Origin: Eledone cirrhosa
Lineage: Eukaryota
Length of the DNA stretch: 64,000 nucleotides
Assembly: GCA_964016885.1 (NCBI GenBank)
Contig: OZ024740.1
Span: forward strand, 78,988,001-79,052,000
Direction: 5' to 3'
Shown here: positions 36,870 to 49,653 of the stretch, piece after piece
How positions within the stretch are numbered: position 1 is the first letter of the stretch
Layout of the letters: the number at the start of each line of letters is the position of its first letter
Notes under the pieces: model-generated
The model's input: only the letters and a program-made list of their open reading frames with translations
What the model was told of the DNA's origin: nothing
The model's database searches: none
Made by a program: the position numbers and the translations under genes

Positions 36870-38350
36870 ACTAGATGGAAGCAGGATCACATACAGAAGT
36901 AGAGGCAGGGTGAAGCTAATGTTACATAGGATGTGTTGCAGGGATAACAAGTGATTTGGATGATGTAACATTGTGGAAGGTGTTGGCATGTTATGGTGAT
37001 AGAAATGTATGTAACAAACATGCTGATAGGGGGTAGAGTGGGGAGCAGACCCTGGTAGTGTTATGATTGATTGATGAGGAAGGAGTGAAATTTGGAATGG
37101 CCCAGTGAGTATTTGACCAAAGAACAGAGACTTCAGGATAAAATGGAGAGTGGGGTGAAAGTTAAAAAACAGATTTCCATGCAAAATTTGATGGTGAAAG
37201 GTGGATCATGGAATGGTTTTGTAAAGGATCCAGTATTGAAGAATGAGGTGAGTTGTTATGAGAGTTACTTTAGGGAAGAGTAAAAACTGAATTTGAAGTA
37301 GAGATGCATAGGTGGAAAATATTCTTGTACTATGGAGAGAAAAGGGGGAAACATTGGTGCTGCCAACAATAAGCAAGGTGACAGCAGTGTTGGATTTTGG
37401 GGAATTAAATCATCACACAATGTCACCTAGGTGGTGACATAATTGATGTATGCAAGATGATGTGAACATGGAGGCTGATGACAGGGGCACAGCATGATTG
37501 TCAACCTAGTATCTTATTTACAGCTTCACATGACTAGAAAAAGGAGGAAGTACCAACTGGGAAACTACAAAAGTAGAATGTACTGACTAACTAAAATGGA
37601 GTTTGGAGTGAATTTATCACTAAAGTTAACATGGTAATAGTCCTAAAAACAAGGTGAAAAGGATAGAGGAAGTCGATTCCTCAACTGATGATAATCTGGG
37701 AGATGAAAGAGTAGTGATAACAGAAGAGGGGAAAAGTTAGTTTAACATTTACATTACTCTATATTTACTATTATATTTTCATGGTAAAAGCTTTACCTCA
37801 CATAATATTGAATCCATGAGATTTTGATATTTATTTTAAGAACAATACATTAATATCAGTATGAACGGCCAGTTTGAACAGAAAGGGGTGACAGAATTCT
37901 GGCTGGATACAGCCAGTTTAAATGCTAATGGGTTAAGAACTGCGGATTAACTGTAAAGCTGTGAGATTTATTAAAAGTGGGCTGAAGGTGTTGAAACTTA
38001 GATTAAGAACTGATGAAGAGAGAATGAGTCCTGGTATGTGGTGAGTTAAATAAGATTGTGTTGTATTGGATGGACATTACTATATTGCCATCTAGCTTTA
38101 TATTGTATGTTATTGTGTGAAGAGGTAGTCAAATGGAACAGATTGTAAGGATAAGGTGAGAAAATGGATAGCATAGTAAACAACACCATAATGAAGATGA
38201 AACAAAAAGATCTTGTGCCAGATGTGGAAAAGTTGGGCTCTGTGGAGGATAGGGGATGTTGAGAAAGAAGAGCAACACTTACCCATATTAATGTAGTTGA
38301 GTTGGATATTATACAAAGGGTCCCAATCTGGCTGTGATGTAGGGGCCCTG
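36870..38350 (-). pseudogene. Decayed Penelope-like reverse transcriptase, interrupted by a MITE
   Basis: Remnants FFNFHPTLHF (cf. LNxFHPxIKFT), HSTPYQHVCYIHFYHHN (cf. YRKPT...YLHFxSxHP) and PFDYLFTQ (cf. FDVxSLFTNI) in the expected order. Confidence 0.45.
37738..37936. mobile_element. piggyBac-type MITE copy
   Basis: Homologous to the 36658 copy; right end taaatgctaatgggttaa. Confidence 0.8.
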
Positions 38351-38352
38351 AG

Positions 38353-38595
38353 ACATTGAAATGAAGATAGATCCAGCTACATTGTTTGATGAGGGGTTTG
38401 TCAAACATTGAGATGAAGGTAGATTCAGCTACATTGTCTGACGAGGAGTTTGTCAAACATTGAGATGAATGTCAATTCAGCTATGTTGTTTGATGAGGAG
38501 TTTGTCAAACATTGAGATGAAGATAGATTCAGCTATGTTGTTTGATGAGGGGTTTATCAAACATTGAGATGAAGGTAGATTCAGCTAAGTTGTTT
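38353..38595. repeat. Tandem repeat, 52-bp unit, ~4.7 copies
   Basis: acattgagatgaaggtagattcagcta..ttgtttgatgagg.gtttgtcaa at 38353, 38405, 38457, 38509, 38561. Confidence 0.92.
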
Positions 38596-40240
38596 TGTGT
38601 GGGTTGAATTTGTAATAACAGTAGAGAAGGGGGTATGAACTAAAGGGTCTGCATAAATGCTCATTAAACATTGTTTAGAAGTTGTAGTTGAGCTGATTGG
38701 TGAGTTTCACTTACAACTAAGTGTTTTGCATATTTTCTTACTCAAGTGAGAAGATGCTGGAGGATTCTGGAAAGGAGGTTGCCCTTTGGTTCTCTGCACT
38801 CAGAGTTCAAACCCACCATGGTAAACATTGCTCTTCTTCCTTTTGGGGTCAATAAATAATCAGTTCAGGGTAGTATCTTGGCAAAATTGTCCAAACATTG
38901 GGCAAGAATCTTACAGAATATATTCCAACTTTTTGTTCTCTGATATCAAATTCCACCTAGGTACTAATGGCCAAGGCTAATCTCCTGACCACTAGAGCAC
39001 CTTGTCTAATCTATACTTGGTCAACATAGACATGTGGGCCTATAACCAGCATAATTTCTGAGGCTTTATCCAGCAGTTAATTGAGTGAGAACAAGCTAGG
39101 AAGAACTTCCAATATGGTTTTGGAAAGAAACCATTGTTTACAGTTGTGGTAAATTTATTTTTTAAATGGTTGCAGTCATAAAATATATGCTATAGCAGAT
39201 TCCTAGTTTTCTTACTAATAAAACATGAGAACTGTGGACTATTTATTTATTTATTTATTCTACCAAAGAAAATGATTTAAAATCACTAATATGATAGATA
39301 CACTTTAGCCCCAGGCCCCCAGATTGCTGTCTCCACCATTAGCTTTTCCAACCACTAACATATAGCAACTTATCTCTGCTTCTATTACCACTAATATAAT
39401 GGTCTCTTCTCAGAGCTTCCTGGTCTCATGTTACTTCTACTCAGGCACTCTTGAAACTTGTCTCTCCTCTCATCATCCCACACTCCCAACCACACATCAC
39501 TATGATCAGTCCTTCATACCCAGAATGTCAGCCCTCTGGAACTCCCTTCCTGCATATGGTGTTGACAAGAAACAGTTTAAATGGAACATCAACAACAATC
39601 TGTCTAGTGTTTTGTGAGGATTATATAAATATAATTTGTTAATTTACAGACGTCCAAACACTCTTTAATGTATCAATGACAAGAATCTGTCCATTTAATT
39701 AACCAGCATGTGTCCTAACATAAACTGCTTTTCTAGAAATACAAGAAGGGAAAAGGTCTTTGCACTATCAAACACACAATTAAATGCTGTGCTGAGAATC
39801 CTTATATATGATATTTACTAATTAAAGAAATTCATATTTTTATTAATATGTGTATTTAACAAAATTTTGGTTTTGTGTTTCTCCTTATCTCCAGTAGGTG
39901 TTTAAGAATGCTGATGTCTCATTTCCTCCTTAAATAGCAGGACATTTCTTAGCATGAACACAATTCTTAAGACATTGTGTAAAGTAACATATGTTTTCCC
40001 TCCTTCTTGTGTACTGTCACTTTATGTGACCCCAACAGGGAAATTATCATAGAAGAAAATAATTTATTTTATTCTTTTACTGGGTTTACATTTACTGTGA
40101 CATCATATTGCAAGGATTTTGTCGATCATATCAACTCCAGTCCCTATTTTTCAAGTCTGATATATGACATAAAGAAACTGTAAATGTAAACACATTTATA
40201 CACACATATGATGAGCCTCTACAATTTCTGTCTACCAAAT

Positions 40241-40666
40241 TTCACTGACAAGGCATTGGTCAACTTAAGGCTAGAGTCAATGATATCTGGACAACTTCAC
40301 TGACAAAGTATTGGTCAACTTAAGGCTAGAGTCAATGACATTTAGACACCTTCACTGACAAGGTATTGGTCAAGTTAAGGCTAGAGTCAATGACATTTGG
40401 ACAACTTCACTGACAAGGTATTGGTCAAGTTAAGGCTAGAGTCAATGACATTTAGACACCTTCACTGACAAGGCATTGGTCAACTTAAGGCTAGAGTCAA
40501 TGACATTTGGACAACTTCACTGACAAGGCATTGGTCAACTTAAGGCTAGAGTCAATGACATTTGGACACCTTCACTGACAAGGTATTGGTCAAGTTAAGG
40601 CTAGAGTCAATGACATTTGGACAACTTCACTGACAAGGTATTGGTCAAGTTAAGGCTAGAGTCAAT
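40241..40666. repeat. Minisatellite, 55-bp unit, ~7.7 copies, derived from a SINE segment
   Basis: ttcactgacaagg(c/t)attggtcaa(c/g)ttaaggctagagtcaatgacattt(g/a)gaca(a/c)c recurs every 55 bp. Confidence 0.95.
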
Positions 40667-42175
40667 CACGAAGCAGGTTGTACTGGATTACATGGACCCA
40701 GTAGCAGGCAGAAGCCTGACCTGACCTGTATGTAAATGTCTGTATATACTAAATTTACTAGCAAACATTTCATATTTAGTTACTTTCTAAAACAACCTGT
40801 TACTTTTTTATGAAATTGATCTGACACATCTGTGTTGTCATCATGATCATCAGTTTTACATCCCCTTTCCCATTCTAGCATGGGTTGGATAGGATAATTT
40901 GAAATAAGGTTTTACAGACAGATGCTCTTCCTGGTGCTAATCCTTTTAGTCACCTCTTATAACAGGCAGGAATAGAGTATACTTATTCTAAAAACCAGGA
41001 TACAAACACCACTGTGTGTGGGGGGGTTTTTATGCTGGTTTTTCTGAAACATTTAAAAACATGGCTTGCGTGGCACAGGCTTCCCTTCCCAGCAGGGATG
41101 GCAAAAGGTCAGATGACATCACAATTTTCCTGTTCTGCTGTGGTAGGCTCCTCGTCGGGGATCCAACATGCTGTGACACCTACTCAAGTGACAACCTGGT
41201 GCGTTTGGCAACCAGCCCAGGCTCTGCTGCCTACCAAGCTGAAGAGGGCAAACTGTACAAGTCTCGACCGCTCTTGAATAGGTTTGTAGTAGAGCTTGTA
41301 GCCTTGGAGATTTCGGGCGTTCTTGCCCCAGGACCACATCCCTACTCACTGCTATCAGGGCAGAGTTGGTCATACGCAGGTGGGAACCCCATGAGGTGGA
41401 GTGGCTATTCCAGTGCATCTCACTTGCTGTCCTCTAGAGCAAAGTATTCTCCATCCTGTCGGCCAGAGGTGGAGGGTAAGTTAGTTGGAAGTCGATGATA
41501 CTCGTTCAGATGTCACTCTCGCTCCATTACTATATCTTTACCATATGATATTATAGGCACAGGCATGGTTGATTGGTTAAGTAGTTGCTTCACAAGTGCA
41601 TAGTTCTGGGTTCCATCCCATTGCATGGTGACTCAAGCTACCTGAGGCTTTCTGAGTGAATTTGGTTGACAGAAACTGTATTGAAACCCATTGTATATAA
41701 TGTGTGAGTGTGTGTGTGTGTCAGTTTACTGCATATGTCTTGATAATGACAATGGTCATGATGATGATGATGATTTTGGAGATCATGGTGATTATCATAG
41801 TGATGATGATCATCATCATGGTGATAATAATGGTGGATTGACATCATCATCATCATCCTACTCATACTATAAGAATGGAATGTAGTACTTAAGAAAAGAG
41901 AAGAGTGTGAGAGATGTGCTGCATCTAAATAAACAAGACAATACAGCTGTGCTTATTTAATAGCAATGTCTGTATTTACTCTACTGCATACAAGAGAATG
42001 TCTTTCAACTGCAACAGTAGCAGCTGCACTTGTTCTTATTAACCTCCTCTTTTCAATAGTCATCACATATTCAACCCTTTTTTAACCATGTTTCTATAGA
42101 AATACACCCGTTTATTCTCTTGCTGACTTCAATCATTAGACTGTGGCCATACTGGGCCACTTCTTCTTGAGAAGA

Positions 42176-42400
42176 TCATAGGGGCAGAATCCTCAAACAC
42201 TCCTTCCTGTGAGTCCTGTCAGAAGCAACTGTTTCCAACTGATCCAACTGGATCCCAAACACGACCAACCATGTTATCCAACCATTTTGCTCGGGGTCTA
42301 CCTCTGGGTCTCCTGCTGGTTGATTTTGCCTGTAAAATCTGTCCAGCAATTCTAACCACATGCCCATAGTATGAGAGCTGTGATCTTTCAATTCAGAGAA
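42176..42400 (-). mobile_element. RTE-type LINE 3' fragment, third family; second copy at 49715-49965 on +
   Basis: GRRPRGKPRARW...ASD..RKECLR.LPL translation shared by both copies. Confidence 0.7.
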
Positions 42401-42536
42401 GTAGCGGCTCTCTGATCTCTGAGTATAGTTGTATATTTAAATAAGCATGGAGAGTTTGGTTTATTTTAATATCTAATTAATACCAATATTGATATTTTTC
42501 TTTTAAAAAATATAACTATTTAGACTACTTCCTAAT

Positions 42537-42694
42537 GTGGCAAACTACAGTCCGTGAGCTGAATGTGGCCCATTTGGCTTTCTGAATGGCACATTTAATT
42601 TCAATATTGCCTTGAAAGTTTTAGTAGTGCAGCCTGCCTTATGATGAGCCACATCCTATGTGGCCCACTGCTCAAAAAAGGTTGTCCATGCCTG
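42537..42694. mobile_element. hAT MITE copy, left end damaged
   Basis: Homologous to 52915-53073; tcctaat on both flanks. Confidence 0.75.
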
Positions 42695-42994
42695 TCCTAA
42701 TTCATGGCATGATAATGAAAGCAATGAGAATTTTGTAGATTTTAAAGTTAAATAAACCATGTCTGTGGACTGCTCAGTCACTGACACATTAATTTAATGA
42801 GTAGGCCATTTTATTAATTGAACAACTGGAAGACTCATCATAAAAAACCACAGAGGTACTTTTTCAAAGTAAAATCTCCTTAGGGGATGATAAAACATTT
42901 ACATTTTCTTTCTCTCACGTATAACATGTCTACATCAACTAATTTTCACAAAACATACAATATTAAGTACAATATTAAGTAAGTTAAATCCACC

Positions 42995-43680
42995 AACTGT
43001 TATATGTGATGCAGATTTTACTGATGACATAGCTCTTCTATCAAATACCATTGGTCAAGCTCAAGAACTTCATAAAGTTTAATTCTCTGTCAGGAAAATT
43101 GGTCTATACATAAATGTTACTAAATGTCACTAAACCAAAAAGATGGAAATCTTGTCACACTGGATGGCAGCTGGGAAATTTCATCAAAAAAGGACATTGA
43201 CATTGAAATTTTCAAAGTCTGTGCTGCAATGAATAACATGGAAAGGATATGATGGTCAGATTTACCCAGGAAAATCAAAATCAGAACATCTGTTGATTGG
43301 GTGTTGTTGTATGTATCAGGTACCTGAACACTGACACAAGCACTTGAGAAAAACTAACTAGATGGTGTATACATTAAAATGTTTAGGGTTGTACAAAACA
43401 TAAACTAGGGGTCAACATATTACAAATGAAAGTTTATATGGAAACTTGCCCAGGATAGCAAGACAGTTATGATTTGCAGAACATTGCTGGAGAAGTGAGT
43501 TACTATTGTGGGAACCAATTCACGGGAGACACAATAGAGGAAGACCTGCTTAAACCTTCATCGATCAACTCTCAGACGATATATAAACCTCAGTAAAGAG
43601 CAGTTGACAGGAACAATGGAAAATTGTGAATTGTGGAGAGACTTTGTCTGGAATGTTCAACTGTGGTCGCAATGATGATG
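42995..43680 (+). mobile_element. Decayed RTE-group LINE RT and C-terminal fragment
   Basis: DFTDDIALLSNTIGQAQEL, LLWEPIHGRHNRGRP; ends tgatgatga. Confidence 0.7.
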
Positions 43681-44192
43681 AATATTTGTTATGTATAATC
43701 TTGTTTTACTTTACTCTGTATCACAGTTCACAAACTAACAACTTACTAGGAAATTTTATCTGAATTTCTGATCCAAGGAATTAAAATCATTAGAAAATTG
43801 AGCAAAATACTCTGGCTTTTTACGTTCTGAGTTCAATTCCCAACAAAGTCAATTTTGCTTTTCATCATTCTGGGGGTCAATAAAATAAAGCACCAATCAA
43901 AAACTGGGGTCGATAAAATTGTCATCATGAACTTGTTTATTCAGACTAGCGTCCTTACCCTTGTTGTAATTACAACATTTTGGCCTTTATCCCTTCTTCA
44001 TGTGTCTGTTGTATTTGGTGACGTTCTTGGAATTTCAAATGGCATCCATGGTACAATAGCTAAGTCAATATAACCATTGATAAGGTGTTAAGTGTGTTAT
44101 TCTACCTGCTGATCATGAATTCAATCCCAGGATTAGTGTAACTATATGTACTCTAGTTTTTGTAGCACAAGCAAATAAATAACTAATATAAT

Positions 44193-44379
44193 TGTTTCTA
44201 CTTTTGGCACAAGGCCAGCAATTATTCCAGTGCATTACTGGTACTTTATTTTATCGACCCCGCAAGGAAGAAAGGCAAAGTTAACCTCGGCGGGATTTGA
44301 ATTCAGAATAGCAAGGGCCGTAACTCTATGCATCAAAGCATGGTGTCCAAACCTCTACCGATACTGCCAATCCACCGCC
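44193..44379 (-). mobile_element. SINE family A with 18-bp TSD
   Basis: ataaataactaatataat at 44175-44192 and 44380-44397. Confidence 0.9.
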
Positions 44380-45196
44380 ATAAATAACTAATATAATGGA
44401 ATGAGAAAACGTTGCTACTCAACATATGCATCTATGGTTCGAATAAAGGGAACAGTGAAAAGAACCCTCTACACTCAGCCAGCATCGTTGTCACTATTCT
44501 TATTAAACTTAAATATATATTACACCAGTCGTTTTAATGTCTTACCAGAGGTATTTCAACAAGACACTTTACTTTATTATTAGAGTTATAAACTTTCTTT
44601 CATTATATTTTATCAAACCAAGGGCGGTGGATTGGCAGTCTTAAGTTCAAATCCCGTTGAGGTTAGCTTTGTCTTTCATCCTTAAGGGGTCAATAAAATA
44701 AAGCACCAGTCATACACTGGGGGTCAATTTAATCGACTTTCCCCCCTCCCCCAAAATTTCTGGCCTTGTGCCTAAATCAGAAACCATTATATTTTTTCAA
44801 ACTCACAGAAATATGAAAGACAAAGTTGACCTTGGAGGGTTTCTGAGTTCAAATTCTACAGTTGTCAACAGTGTCATCTCTTATCCTTCAGAGGTCAATA
44901 TAATAAAGTACCAGTCAACTATTGGAGTCGATTTAATTGACAACCTCTCTATGTAAATTTCTCTCTGGTATTGTGCTAATTATTCTAATTATAATTCTAG
45001 CTTGAATGACAAAGACTAGTGACAGATGAGAGGGATGTGAGACAACATATCTGTGCTATCTCAGCTAAAGCACTGAATGACAGCAATGACTGTGGTTAGT
45101 TTTCCATGTAAATATTATGGTGTGATAATTTCAATTGAAATACACATGATTGTTGGCAGTGATGCAGGAGTCTTTAAGTGAGAATGTGGTTGAAAT

Positions 45197-46065
45197 ATGA
45201 CCACTAACGCACCACCACTAACACCACCACCACCACCTCCACTATCATTACCACCAGCAAAACTACCACCACCACCACTACTACCAGCACTACCACCAGC
45301 ACCACCACCACTACCACTAGCACCAGCACCTACATCAACAACGCCATCACTGCTGCCACCAACACAAAAAACAACGCCCACTCAACAACAATACAGCCAC
45401 CACCAACACCCCTATCCATTACCCCACCCCCATGAACAGCCCCCCTCCCCCAATCAACCCCACTGCCAACAAAGAAGGCAACAACAACAACAATGCAGCC
45501 AATCACTACTACCACCACCACCACCAACATGAACAACAACACCCCATCACTGTCACCATCATCACTACCACCACCACTGAACAACAACACCACCCCCATC
45601 ATCACCACTTTCACCAGCTCCACCATCATCAACCACAACAGTGCCCTCCTCCCCACAAACAACAACAACTCCCCCATAACCACTACCATCAACAACAACA
45701 ACAACAACAACAACGCTCCCATCACCACTACCACCACCATCATAAACAACAACAATGCCACCACCATCAGCAACAACAAGGTCCGCCACCAATAGCAAGA
45801 ACAACCCTTTCCCCACCATCACCACCATCAACACCATCACCACCCCTATCACCACCAACACTTCCACCACCACCATCACCCCTATCATCATCACCACTAC
45901 CACCATCACCACCCCTATCATCATCACCCCTATCACCACCATCACCCCCCTATCATCACCACACCACTACCCCTATCATTATACCCCACCCCTATCATCA
46001 CCACCAACAACACCCCACCCCTATCATCACCACCAACAACACCCCACCCCCACCACCACTGCTAC
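45197..46065. repeat. Compound (ACC)n/(AAC)n/(ATC)n low-complexity tract
   Basis: C/A-rich trinucleotide mosaic with recurrent 'cccctatcatcaccac' subunits in the right half. Confidence 0.95.
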
Positions 46066-46457
46066 TCTAACCCTGCCTTCTCAGAAAAGAGTAATCAAGT
46101 ACAAAATTTAGGATGTAATACTATTGAGTATTTCAGACTAATCAGGGAGGAAAGACAAAGTAAACAATGTTTAAGGGTTGCAGGCAGTGCTGGGCCACTG
46201 TTGTCTGACATATCACTTCACTGCAATGTAGCAATGTACTGTGTTAAGGACATGGCTAACCAGTAGGGTCAGTCAGTTCATTTAAGGCACTTCTAGATAA
46301 TAACAACAACAGCAACAGTAAAAAGAAACAAGAAAAATGTCAATTTAAGTTACTATTAGGTAGACAGTATGACAATGCTATACAGACAAAATAGGTAGGT
46401 GTTTGTGGGTTGGTATGTATTTGTTTGGGAGTATTTTAGTGAATAATTGCCGAGGGA

Positions 46458-46495
<38 letters not shown>

Positions 46496-46825
46496 TTACA
46501 GTAGACATGCTATAGACAGGTCATTTGTCTGCCAGTCAGAATTCAGAGTTTTTGCCACTTCTTTTATGGAATCTAAAGACTATTGATGTTTTTCAAGTGT
46601 CTGCAACATAATTATTTTCATCAATCTAAGCCTGAAGAAGACTAAAGAAATAACCTCAGAATTCATAAGTATATCAATATACTTATATATATATAAATAT
46701 ATATATATAATGATGATGATATATATATGTGTGTGTGTGTATGTATTATATATATATATATATATATATTATATATGTATATGTATATATATATGTATAT
46801 GTATTATATATATATATATATATAT

Positions 46826-46998
46826 AATTGTTTCTATTTTAGGCACAAGGCCAGCAATTATCAGTACATTACTGGTACTTTATTTTATCGACCCCGTAAG
46901 GATGAAAGGCAAAGTTAACCTCGGCAGGATTTGAACTCAGATCATAAAGGGACGTAACTCTATGCTTCAAAGCATGGTGTCCGACTCTCTACCGATAC
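46826..46998 (-). mobile_element. SINE family A
   Basis: Reverse complement of the family consensus. Confidence 0.85.
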
Positions 46999-47789
46999 TA
47001 ATGATGGTATATTATATATAAACAATTTGATAAATTTGTTTTGAGTTCCAAAACCAGAGGGAAGATGCAAGCAAAATAAGCTTAAAGTAGACATTGACAC
47101 TCTCATCGTATATATATATATATATAGTGTATGGTAAAAACCAGCTAGACCATAACCCACCAGGGTACTCAATACTTGGGGTAGTAGAGTGGGTAATATG
47201 AAAAGATTCAGGACCCCGACGGCTGAGTTCCGGCCATTTCGACAGCTAGATCCGTCCGGAACTCAACTGTCGGAACTATATATATATATGAATATTTTCA
47301 TATATATATATATAGTGTAAAGTGGTCATGTAGGTATTAAGACAAAATGTACCCAGTACACACAGTAAATGTGGTTGGTGTTAGGAAGGACATCCAGCCA
47401 TAGAAACCTGGGCAGAAACAGTTCTGTATGAGCAAGGCATGGTCATCTGACCTGGCTTGTCTCACAATAACACAAGTCGTCTAACCCATGCTAGCATGGG
47501 AAAATGAACATTAAATGATGATGTTGATGATGATACATATATATTGAAATCATCTCGATTTAGTTGTTCTATAAAAGCTCAATCAAAATTAGATGCAAAA
47601 AATATGTTTCAGAGCATACTCATACAATATTATTATGGAAACAACAATAATTATATTTTGAAATATAACAGGGCAGAAAATAATCAAGACAGGAGTTATC
47701 ACTTCCATTACTATACATATGTATATATAGAAATAAGGTGTTCACTCTAACATAGCTGTATACATATATATATATATATGTGTGTATGT

Positions 47790-47963
47790 TGTATATCTAG
47801 CGATATACGGTATGTTTATGAATAAACATTTGAAAGCCTTCAGCTGTGAATTTTGGAAACTGATGACTAGAGCAATCTAGCAGATTCTATCAGTTTCCAA
47901 AATTCATAGCTGAAGGCTTTCAAATGTTTATTCATAAACATACCATATATCGCTAGATATACA
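47790..47963. repeat. Fold-back element with ~75-bp arms and a truncated hammerhead at its centre
   Basis: 47790-47864 vs 47889-47963; centre CTGATGA-CTAGA-GCAA-TCTAG. Confidence 0.9.
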
Positions 47964-48053
47964 AAGACACACACACACTATATATATATATGAAGTGTTT
48001 CCGTAGGAAAGGTAAAGGAAAAGAGAGTGCTCTATGTAGGCTACAGAGCTTTT

Positions 48054-48183
48054 TAGTTATGTAATAAACAACATAAGATAATTATTTCATTTACCAAAGT
48101 CAGATGTCTGTGCCAGGCTCGTCTGTCTTCGTGAAACCTTTAGTAAATGAAATAATTAGCTTATGTTGTTTATTACATAACTA
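48054..48183. repeat. Fold-back element with ~46-bp arms
   Basis: tagttatgtaataaacaacataag.taattatttcatttac / gtaaatgaaataatta.cttatgttgtttattacataacta. Confidence 0.9.
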
Positions 48184-49002
48184 TATATATCTCTCTCTCT
48201 ATATATATATATAACCCTTTTGATACCATAGTATCTGAAAGCATCCCTGGTCCAGTAATACTAAGCAGTTTGTTTTTAGGTGTCCATATATATCTAATTG
48301 CTTTCCATCATAATTTTATGTAAGAATCTTTGTTAAGTTATATTCCAAACACTAGCTTAATAAAGAGAAGGTTAATTATGTTACTGAATTCCTCCAAAAT
48401 CTTGGTTATTTTCTGGAATTTGGTAGGCATAAACTGTGGAAGTCTGATGTATACAGATACATATGCACTTTGCTAGCAAGGGTTGGATATGTCTTCAGAG
48501 ACTAGTCAGTATTCAAGTGATACCTCTAACATCCAGATGGATTGGGGACCCAAAATTAGATCCTGTATTTTTCTGAGTGCATTTTATCATGGCACCAACA
48601 CCAGGGAAGTTTTCATGCCTGGTATAGTATTTCTGACACTTTGCCTGGCAGGTTTTCTACAGCTGTATGCCCTTCCTATCATTAACCGTTTTACTAAGTG
48701 TACTGAGTGATTGTTTATCATGTAAATCACCAACTATTATATATGACAACCCTTACTAGCAGGGAAAATGAATGTTAAATGATTATGATGATATATATAT
48801 ATATATATATATAGTAGTAGAGGTGCAATTGAATTGTGTTCACAGGCAGTGTGCCAAGATGAACACTCAATGCTCTTGAATAATGTCAGGAACGAACATT
48901 ATTCGATCGTTTCTCGAGCTGATCAGCAGTGAAACATATGTAATATGTAATTAAGATGTATATGATGCAATACTGATTCTTTGTTCACATTTGTTATTAT
49001 TA

Positions 49003-49331
49003 TAGACGAGTTGAGAAAGAAACTGCGTATAAGAGGGTTAAGTTGTGGTGTGCAGGAGAGAAGGCTGAGATGGTATGGACATGTGATGCGCATGAAGGAT
49101 GACCGTTGGGTAAAGAAGTGCCAAGAAATCCCAGTAGAAGGAAGACGCAGTAGAGGTAGACCATGTAAAACATGGGCGGAGGTGGTGAGAGCAGACCTCA
49201 GATCGCTGAAACTCACCGAGGAGATGACGAAGGACCGTGACAAGTGGAGAGATGCTGTGCTAAATAGGACCCGTCCAACCCTTGCAAGCAGGGAAAAGCG
49301 GACGTAAAATGATGATGATGATGATGATGAT
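49003..49331 (+). mobile_element. RTE 3' fragment (subfamily of 2476) with (GAT)n tail
   Basis: ERRLRWYGHVMRMKDD...TRPTLASREKRT*; another tip at ~56134-56283 on -. Confidence 0.93.
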
Positions 49332-49383
49332 CTTTTTTGAATATGTTTTGCAAAATTTCTTATCTGAAAATGTGTGTTGAAGC

Positions 49384-49653
49384 ATATATTGTTATACTTT
49401 GGGAGGGTCATGCTGCCAATAAAAACACACGCACCTGTTGGTTTTCACTTCTATTTATTATAAATTTCTGGTTGGCTGGTTGTTTGGATAACCGGATGGT
49501 TATTTATATATCGTCAAAGCTCTTTTATCACACATTCTGTGACCTCCTCAGTGACTGGGTTTTTATTTTATGTCTCTCATTTGTTCTGTCCTACACCATC
49601 TTGTTTTTGTGTGTTGTGTGACAGCATGACCCTCCCAAAGTATAACAATATAT
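49384..49653. repeat. Element with perfect 32-bp terminal inverted repeats and an internal decayed hammerhead-like motif
   Basis: atatattgttatactttgggagggtcatgctg / cagcatgaccctcccaaagtataacaatatat. Confidence 0.88.

Noticed and set aside
41014-41520. 160-aa ORF and possible HDV-like ribozyme (tcctcgt) in a GC-richer block
   Set aside because: No recognisable protein motif, and P3/P1 pairings could not be built; probably a LINE 5' region remnant
41638-41885. His/Asp-rich ORFs
   Set aside because: Derived from (GAT)/(CAT) microsatellite and SINE sequence
46632-46660. CTGAAGA...GAAA hammerhead candidate
   Set aside because: No stem II or stem I complementarity
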